A stretch of 13,842 nucleotides of DNA from Candidatus Micrarchaeia archaeon (GTDB lineage: Archaea; Micrarchaeota; Micrarchaeia; Anstonellales; Bilamarchaeaceae): assembly GCA_046538155.1 (NCBI GenBank), contig JBKHJL010000030.1:1-13842 (forward strand). Direction: 5' to 3'. Position numbers and translations under genes: made by a program. Shown piece by piece: positions 1 through 5,680 of the stretch (position 1 is the stretch's first letter; every line of letters begins with the position of its first letter). Under the pieces are notes generated by a model. That model did not search any database. It saw only the letters and a program-made list of their open reading frames with translations, and was not told the origin of the DNA.

Positions 1-113
1 GCACCGCTCAGCAGAGGGTGCCTTGAGAACCAGTTCCTTTTTGCCGCATTTCCAGGAGCTTTCTTTCCCGAACCAGGGGAATTAAGCTTGCTTCTGTGGG
101 TTTGTCTTTTCAT
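1..113 (-). CDS. Hypothetical protein, N-terminal part only (runs off the window); possibly membrane-anchored
   Basis: ATG at 113 opens a frame MKRQTHRSKLNSPGSGKKAPGNAAKRNWFSRHPLLSG... with no stop to position 1. A TATA box lies ~24-31 nt upstream. A basic N-terminus ending in NWFxRHP often precedes a TM helix (inference). Confidence 0.6.
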   Translation of the reverse strand, partial: MKRQTHRSKLNSPGSGKKAPGNAAKRNWFSRHPLLSG

Positions 114-136
114 GTGTTTACTTATGAGATTAAGTG

Positions 137-144
137 TTTATAAA
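137..144 (-). promoter_or_regulatory. Archaeal TATA box (TTTATAAA) for a probably leaderless transcript of the ORF at 113
   Basis: TTTATAAA at about -31 to -24 from ATG113, with no SD motif in between. Confidence 0.6.
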
Positions 145-147
145 TAG

Positions 148-1161
148 TTATCTTTCAACACTCTCTATAAAATTATCATATTTAGAATTCTTATTTTTTA
201 GGAGCACAATCCTGGATTTTTCATCTTCATTCTCAATCGCGTAGTTCTGAAGGTGCTCCAGCAGTTTCCTGCAAAGCTCCTCCACATACTCATGGGAAGG
301 CATGTTTTCAGCACCCAGCCTTTTTCTTGAATAACCAAGGTGCATGTATGCTTTCACTTCAATAAAGTCCGCCCCGCTTTTTTCAAACATTTTTCCGTAC
401 TCCGGAAGCATCTCCTCCAAATCATTAATTCCCTCAATAACTGTAAATCTCAAAATCCGCCTACACGGGAAATCTGCAACCATTTCCAGCGTCCTGTTCA
501 GACGCTCCCACGCATCGGAATAAACCGGGACATTCACCTTTTCAAAGGTCTCCCTGTCCGCAGCATCCACTGAAATATACAATTGCGTAGGCAACGCCCC
601 TTCTTCTTTAAGCCGCAAAAGCATTTCCGGCTCCTGGCCATTGGTAACCAAAAAGACAGTCTTCACTTCCGGATTTTCCTTAAGCTTCATAATAAGTTCC
701 GGAAGTTTTGGATAAAGCGTAGGCTCCCCGGACAAACTGATTGCCCAGTGTGCGGGAAAGGAGTCCAGCACACGCCTAAACAGCTCCTCATCAACATCGT
801 CCGCGCCCCCCAGCCCGGAAACCAGCTTTCTTTTTGCAGCCGCAGTCCCCTCAATTATATCCTCAGGGGAATCCACATCTCCCTCCTCCATCTGCCTGAA
901 ATCCATCCATTCCATGGGCCTCCAGCAAAAGATGCAGTTCTGAGAGCACCACGCAGCCGCAGGGCTCATTTGTGCACATGAAGCACAGTCAGCCCCATAG
1001 AATTTCTGCTTGTAGCATGCTCCTCTGCCCCGCAGCATTCTCTTTGTCCAGCCACAAATCTGCACCGCAGAATGGTCGCCCACAATCCCATACTGCTTTT
1101 TCAAAAATTCTTCAGTAACTTCAGAAGAAAAAGAGAATTTGCCTTTTTCCGAAGATTTCAA
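148..1161 (-). CDS. taw1: 4-demethylwyosine (imG-14) synthase Taw1/TYW1, radical SAM
   Basis: HSAVQICGWTK, CYKQKFYG (pyruvate-binding Lys), radical SAM CxxxCxxC (CSQNCIFCWRP), AISLSGEPTLYP, FLVTNG, PTQLYISVDA, FIEVKAYMHLGYSR. TTG start is uncertain. Confidence 0.95.
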   Translation of the reverse strand: MKSSEKGKFSFSSEVTEEFLKKQYGIVGDHSAVQICGWTKRMLRGRGACYKQKFYGADCASCAQMSPAAAWCSQNCIFCWRPMEWMDFRQMEEGDVDSPEDIIEGTAAAKRKLVSGLGGADDVDEELFRRVLDSFPAHWAISLSGEPTLYPKLPELIMKLKENPEVKTVFLVTNGQEPEMLLRLKEEGALPTQLYISVDAADRETFEKVNVPVYSDAWERLNRTLEMVADFPCRRILRFTVIEGINDLEEMLPEYGKMFEKSGADFIEVKAYMHLGYSRKRLGAENMPSHEYVEELCRKLLEHLQNYAIENEDEKSRIVLLKNKNSKYDNFIESVER

Positions 1162-1183
1162 TTTTCTGCCCCCAATACAGCTC

Positions 1184-1759
1184 CTATTTTGCTTTTTTGA
1201 GTGCCTTTGCCAGGTCTAAAACATCTTTTTCCAGTTTTTTGCAGGCCCTGGCAACCAGTTCCTTAGGCTTCATCTGATGGAAGCTTTCCACTTTGAATAC
1301 AAAAGTTCCTTCTTTTTCTTCCCCGTATGCTGCAATTCCGGACTGGAATTTTGCATGGCTCTGCCCGGTTCCTGTAACTGCCTTGCATTCAAGCCTCAGG
1401 TTCTGGTTTTCAAAGAGGGTTATTATAGGTATCCTGTCTTTTGCAACTTTCACGTCCTTGTCTGTTGTTTTCAGGTCCCCGGAATAAACAATTTTTGGCC
1501 CGCTCTCATCCAGTGAGAATGAAACTTCCATCCCTTCTTTCAGACCTTTGGGGCTTACCAGGGGGAGGAGCCCAATCCTGTGGGATATATACTCATCAAA
1601 CATGGAAGATGTGTTCTCGTACATGGTAACTGAATCAACAGCCATCACATCTACATGCCCGATACAGTATCTCCTTATTGCATTCATGAGCGGGGTGCCT
1701 ATCCCTTCCACTTTCATGGAAAGGAAGTTTCCCTTTGATTCAATGAGTTCTGTTTTCAT
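1184..1759 (-). CDS. rpoD: DNA-directed RNA polymerase subunit D (Rpo3), short form
   Basis: NAIRR, ENTSSMFDEYISHRIGLLPL, VYSGDL, GTGQSHAKFQ motifs; located after uS13-uS4-uS11. Confidence 0.95.
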   Translation of the reverse strand: MKTELIESKGNFLSMKVEGIGTPLMNAIRRYCIGHVDVMAVDSVTMYENTSSMFDEYISHRIGLLPLVSPKGLKEGMEVSFSLDESGPKIVYSGDLKTTDKDVKVAKDRIPIITLFENQNLRLECKAVTGTGQSHAKFQSGIAAYGEEKEGTFVFKVESFHQMKPKELVARACKKLEKDVLDLAKALKKAK

Positions 1760-1763
1760 TGGG

Positions 1764-2357
1764 CTACACCCTTCTTCCGCGCCTTCCCCCTGCTCTCTTC
1801 ATGGAGTCTGTTGGCACAGGCGTAACATCCTCAATTCTGCCTACTCTAACTTTCATCCTTGCAATGGTCCTCACCACTGCCTTTGCACCAGAGCCAGGGG
1901 TTTTCTGGCCGTTTCCGCCGGGTGCGCGGATTTTTATGTGGACGGTGCCCACGCCCTTTTCCTTAAGGTCCCCCACCACTTTCTGGGCTGCCTGCATTGC
2001 TGCATATGGTTTCCCTTCTTCTCTTGAGGATTTGACCATCATTCCGCCGCTTGCCCATGAGAGGGTTTCTGCACCGCTGATGTCGGTTGCAGTAATGACT
2101 GTATCGTTCTTGGAGGAGTAAACATGGACAACTGCAAGCTTCCCGGGCTTTTTTTTCTTCACTTCTTTTTTTGCTTCTTCTTCCCCTGAAGTTCCCTGCT
2201 CTTCTTTTTCTGGTTTTTCCGAAGGCGATTCCTTTTCTTCCTTTGCAGGTTTTTCTTTTGCTTCTTCCTTCTTTTCAGGTTTTGGGGCTTCTTTTATGGG
2301 TTCGTTCTGCTTTGCTTCCCCCCCTGCTTTTTTTGCCTCTTCTTTTTCTTCAGCCAT
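1764..2357 (-). CDS. rps11: 30S ribosomal protein uS11 with a long N-terminal charged extension
   Basis: [60 protein letters not shown]. Start set at ATG2357 because SD GAGGTGA lies at 2363-2369. Confidence 0.95.
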   Translation of the reverse strand: MAEEKEEAKKAGGEAKQNEPIKEAPKPEKKEEAKEKPAKEEKESPSEKPEKEEQGTSGEEEAKKEVKKKKPGKLAVVHVYSSKNDTVITATDISGAETLSWASGGMMVKSSREEGKPYAAMQAAQKVVGDLKEKGVGTVHIKIRAPGGNGQKTPGSGAKAVVRTIARMKVRVGRIEDVTPVPTDSMKRAGGRRGRRV

Positions 2358-2368
2358 AATCTTCACCT

Positions 2369-2899
2369 CTATTCAACAGTCCCCGCCTCTTTTGCCTCTT
2401 CCTCTGGCTCCGGCTGCTCAAGCTCAAATTTCTTATAGTAGTTTATGGAATCGTCTTCCGCCATCTGAACAAGGTAGCTGGGAGACCGAATTTTCCTTCC
2501 GCCCACGGATATGAACCCATGGGTAATCAGCTGCCTTGCCTGCTTTGTTGTTTTTGCAAGCCCCTTTCTCTGCACTCTTGTCTGGAGCCTTCTCTCAAGG
2601 ATGTCCCTTACTGTAAGTGAAAGCACCTGCTCAAGCTTTGCGTTTTCATCCAGGATTCCGAGTTTTGCAAGTTTTCCCATGAGTTTTGGGAGGTCCCTCT
2701 CACGCTCTTCTTCTGTAAGTGAGAGAAGCTTCCTTGCTGCCCGCCTTACTCTCTTGAGTTCCTGGTTCATTACCCATATTTCTTTCATGGTCTTGAGACC
2801 ATACTCTCTTTTGAGGGCTTTTTCTTCCGCAATCCTCTTGCTTTCCCAAAGCCTCTTGGGCCTTTCATACTTGTTTTTGAGTTGTCTGGGGTCTCCCAT
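2369..2899 (-). CDS. rps4: 30S ribosomal protein uS4
   Basis: [37 protein letters not shown]. Confidence 0.97.
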   Translation of the reverse strand: MGDPRQLKNKYERPKRLWESKRIAEEKALKREYGLKTMKEIWVMNQELKRVRRAARKLLSLTEEERERDLPKLMGKLAKLGILDENAKLEQVLSLTVRDILERRLQTRVQRKGLAKTTKQARQLITHGFISVGGRKIRSPSYLVQMAEDDSINYYKKFELEQPEPEEEAKEAGTVE

Positions 2900-2909
2900 T
2901 TAGATTCAC

Positions 2910-3482
2910 CTATTTCTTCCCTTTCTTTTCTGCCGGCTGCTGGGACTTTCTTACCACACCAACGGACATTCCGCGCCTTCCGGTGTTCTTTGTCCTCTGC
3001 CCGCGCACTTTCTGCCCGTATGCATGCCTGTATCCCCTCCAGGTATAAAGTTTTTTTTCTGCTTCGATGTCCTGTCTCTGGGAGAACACCAGGTCATTCA
3101 TGATGTTGTGCAAATCCTTGCCGGTTTCCCTGTCTTTTCTCCTGTTCATGAGATGGGCAGGTATTCCGTAATCCTGCAGGTTTGCCAGTATCTGGTCAAT
3201 CTTCTCAATCTGCTCATCGCTGAACAGACCTACTTTCACATCTGGTTCAACATTTATTTCTTTTGCAATCATCCGTGCAACACTACTGTTTGTGGAGTAT
3301 CCTATACCCTTTATCCTGAGCAGTGCCCTTTTGAGAGGAAGATGCCCCATTACATCTCTTCCGGCCAGCCTTATAATTCCCCGTAGTCCTTCCTCCTCTC
3401 GTGGAGCGGCCTTCTTTTTTGAAGCGGATTTTTCCGGCTTCTTTTTTTCTTTTTTAACGTCTTTTTTCTTGGCTTTTCCCAT
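2910..3482 (-). CDS. rps13: 30S ribosomal protein uS13
   Basis: IKGIG, NRRKDRETGKDLH, WRGYRH..GQKVRGQRTKNTGR. Start set at ATG3482 with SD GGTGAG just upstream. Confidence 0.96.
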   Translation of the reverse strand: MGKAKKKDVKKEKKKPEKSASKKKAAPREEEGLRGIIRLAGRDVMGHLPLKRALLRIKGIGYSTNSSVARMIAKEINVEPDVKVGLFSDEQIEKIDQILANLQDYGIPAHLMNRRKDRETGKDLHNIMNDLVFSQRQDIEAEKKLYTWRGYRHAYGQKVRGQRTKNTGRRGMSVGVVRKSQQPAEKKGKK

Positions 3483-3562
3483 TAACTCACCAGGAATCAC
3501 AATTTATTGATAATACTGTCACACTCAGAAAACAGTGTAGGGACTATTATTTCTTAGTAATC

Positions 3563-3570
3563 TTTTTAAA
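3563..3570 (-). promoter_or_regulatory. Putative TATA box (TTTAAAAA) for the rps13-rps4-rps11-rpoD operon
   Basis: TTTAAAAA on the - strand in the divergent intergenic region; implies a ~60 nt leader before ATG3482. Confidence 0.5.
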
Positions 3571-3614
3571 CCTGCTTGCGCCCCCTGAATAAGCAATCCC
3601 TTACCCACCATCAC

Positions 3615-3624
3615 AAATATATAT
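3615..3624 (+). promoter_or_regulatory. Putative TATA box (AAATATATAT) for the DHS-like gene
   Basis: AT-alternating box ~50 nt upstream of ATG3671; SD-like GGGGGTG at 3658-3664. Confidence 0.4.
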
Positions 3625-3670
3625 CCCTTGCCATATAATTTCCACGCTTTCTGAAAAGGGGGTGCACAGC

Positions 3671-4687
3671 ATGGATAAAAAGGACTTTTTAAAGGAAAAA
3701 ATTCGCCACGTGGACATAACTTCTTTCAATCCGTCGGAGATAGTGGATTCAATGAGGGGCATGTCATTCAGTTCAAGGGACACGGCAAATGCCGCAGACA
3801 TTTTCAACATGATGCTGGAAAAGCAGGGATGCACGGTAATCCTTACTCTTGCAGGAAGCACAAGTGCAGGGGGATGCATGAAGGTATATTCGGATATGGT
3901 CCGCTACAATATGGTTGATGTAGTTGTTGCAACAGGCGCTTCAATAGTGGATATGGATTTTTTTGAGGCCCTCGGCTTCCACCATTATCGCGGCATTCCT
4001 GCAGTAAATGACAAGGAGCTCCGCAAGCTCTATATTGACCGGATTTACGATACTTTTATAGATGAGGAAGACCTCCAGGCCTGTGACAGCACAATAAAGG
4101 AGATAGCAGACGGACTTGACCCCCGCGCATATTCTTCCCGGGAGTTCATAAATGAAATGGGGAGGCATCTGGAGAAGAACGGAAAGAAGGAGGATTCACT
4201 GGTAAGACTTGCTTACCAGCATGGTGTCCCCATATTCTGCCCCGCGTTTTCCGATTCCAGCGCAGGCTTCGGGCTTGTAATGCATCAGGATGCCAACCCG
4301 GAAAGTCACGTTGCAATTGATTCAGTAAAGGATTTCCGGGAGCTTACCCAGATAAAAATAAATTCAGAAACTTCCGGGCTTTTCATGGTCGGGGGAGGCG
4401 TCCCAAAGAATTTTGCCCAGGACACTGTTGTATGTGCCGAATGCCTGGGAAAGGATGTCCCGATGCACGAATTCGCTGTCCAGATAACGGTTGCAGATGT
4501 CCGGGATGGCGCCTGCTCAGGCTCCACTCTGAAGGAAGCAAGTTCCTGGGGCAAGGTTGATACTGTGCATGAACAGATGGTTTATGCAGAGGCAACCACT
4601 GTTGTCCCCCTTATTGCAGGGTATGCTTACCATAATGGAGCCTGGAAAAACCGTGAAAGGCGCAACTGGAATTCCGTTTTCAGTTGA
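3671..4687 (+). CDS. Deoxyhypusine synthase-like protein (DHS family, possibly polyamine-synthesising SpeY type)
   Basis: LAGS, VDVVVATGA, IDRIYDT, GVPIFCPAFSDSSAG, GGGVPKNF, DGACSGSTLKEASSWGKV (catalytic Lys), YAEATTVVPL. ATG3671 is preceded by GGGGGTG. Confidence 0.92.
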   Translation: MDKKDFLKEKIRHVDITSFNPSEIVDSMRGMSFSSRDTANAADIFNMMLEKQGCTVILTLAGSTSAGGCMKVYSDMVRYNMVDVVVATGASIVDMDFFEALGFHHYRGIPAVNDKELRKLYIDRIYDTFIDEEDLQACDSTIKEIADGLDPRAYSSREFINEMGRHLEKNGKKEDSLVRLAYQHGVPIFCPAFSDSSAGFGLVMHQDANPESHVAIDSVKDFRELTQIKINSETSGLFMVGGGVPKNFAQDTVVCAECLGKDVPMHEFAVQITVADVRDGACSGSTLKEASSWGKVDTVHEQMVYAEATTVVPLIAGYAYHNGAWKNRERRNWNSVFS

Positions 4688-4717
4688 GTTCTTAAGTTTT
4701 CTGTTTGATATTCCTTT

Positions 4718-5179
4718 ATGGAAATTTACCTTATGCAGCATGGAGAGGCAAAGCCGGAAGAGGAGGATTCGGAGCGTCCGCTTTCTCCCCGGGGAATGAA
4801 GGAAACCGAAGAAATTGCAAAAAAGCTTTCATTTGTTATACGCCGCGTCCCCAACAAAATATTCCATTCGCCCAAGCTCAGGGCAAGGCAGACTGCAGAA
4901 ATCCTTGCAAAATCTCTGAATTGCAAGAGGGAGGAAATTAAGGGCCTGGAGCCCCTGGATGACCCGGCAATCATAAAGGACAAGCTTTCTTCCCTGGATG
5001 CCACAGGGGCATATTTTTTCGTAGGCCACCTTCCAAACCTTGGGAAGCTCTCTTCCCTCCTGCTTTACGGCACTTCCGGAAAACCATTTGTTGCTTTCCG
5101 CAATTCCGCCCCCCTTTGCATCACCCACAGGGACGGCGCCTGGAAACTGAAGTACTATCTTCTCCCGGAACTGCTCTGA
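4718..5179 (+). CDS. sixA: Phosphohistidine phosphatase SixA-like (histidine phosphatase superfamily)
   Basis: YLMQHGEA (RHG variant), RPLSPRG, HSPKLRARQTAE, VGHLP; 153 aa. Confidence 0.88.
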   Translation: MEIYLMQHGEAKPEEEDSERPLSPRGMKETEEIAKKLSFVIRRVPNKIFHSPKLRARQTAEILAKSLNCKREEIKGLEPLDDPAIIKDKLSSLDATGAYFFVGHLPNLGKLSSLLLYGTSGKPFVAFRNSAPLCITHRDGAWKLKYYLLPELL

Positions 5180-5226
5180 TTTGCAAACCGGTTGCCCGGG
5201 CACAGCCCCCCCTCTCCCGCCCGCCT

Positions 5227-5525
5227 GGCAGAAAAATTTGCCTTCCGAGAACTGAAGCGTAAAACGGTGTTTTTTGGTTCTTAGAAAGCTTCGCTTTCTT
5301 CTTGTGAACCAAGCCTCACGAGCTGCTTTTTGTGCAAGTGGAAAGCTAGGGAAAAAGCGACGCGGAGAGGGTCTGAGAAATCTCTGTGTAATCTTTGATT
5401 ACATCTCTTCAGGCAAGCTGAAGATTACGATTTCTTCCCCTCTCCTCTCCCTCACCGCGGGGCAATATGCTGTAGGGGGGGTCAGGAGGAGTCTCAAATT
5501 GGCGAGGGGGTGAAAACCCTTCTGC
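5227..5525 (+). repeat. Cluster of inverted repeats / structured non-coding tract
   Basis: Stems: 5227-5242; TTGGTTC 5274-80/GAACCAA 5306-12 enclosing AGAAAGC/GCTTTCT; GCTTTTT 5325-31/AAAAAGC 5352-58; nested 5364-71/5438-45, 5375-82/5429-36, 5388-95/5421-28; GAAA-tetraloop hairpin 5502-5525. Confidence 0.65.
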
Positions 5526-5533
5526 GGTTCGAT

Positions 5534-5618
5534 CGCGGAGAGGGAGATTTGAACTCCCAAGCCCGTGAGGGCACACGCTTTCCAGGCGTGCGCGATAACC
5601 AGATTCTGCCATCTCCGC
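5534..5618 (-). tRNA. tRNA-Ser(GGA), no intron, CCA not encoded
   Basis: Acceptor stem GCGGAGA/TCTCCGC with discriminator G; anticodon arm CACGC-CTGGAAA-GCGTG; long variable arm GCCC-TCAC-GGGC; T arm GGGAG-TTCAAAT-CTCCC; 85 nt. Confidence 0.96.
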
Positions 5619-5649
5619 AAAAAGTGCATAGCTATTCATATCCAATTTG

Positions 5650-5657
5650 TTTTTATT
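5650..5657. promoter_or_regulatory. Putative TATA element between the divergent tRNA-Ser and lipoprotein genes
   Basis: TTTTTATT (+) lies at -31 to -24 from ATG5681; the same bases read AATAAAAA (-) ~32 nt upstream of the tRNA 5' end. Confidence 0.4.
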
Positions 5658-5680
5658 CCTTGCCCTCTCAACCACTTTTC

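Noticed and set aside
2140..2350. Pyrimidine-rich quasi-repeats and T-runs as a tandem repeat, CRISPR array or frameshift site
   Set aside because: They are the antisense of GAA/AAA codons in the in-frame uS11 extension; there is no repeat-spacer periodicity and the frame is unbroken.
5180..5533. RNase P RNA or SRP RNA in the structured tract
   Set aside because: By eye I found no GAGGAAAGUCC/P4 pair or SRP helix-8 motif on either strand; a divergent form needs a covariance-model search to exclude.
5121..5675. Short ORFs of 63-88 aa across the tract and the tRNA
   Set aside because: They overlap sixA or the tRNA or start at weak codons, have no SD and show no protein-like motifs.
5510..5680. 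N-terminal extension of the 399-aa ORF
   Set aside because: It runs antisense across the tRNA-Ser gene; the signal peptide and lipobox begin at ATG5681.
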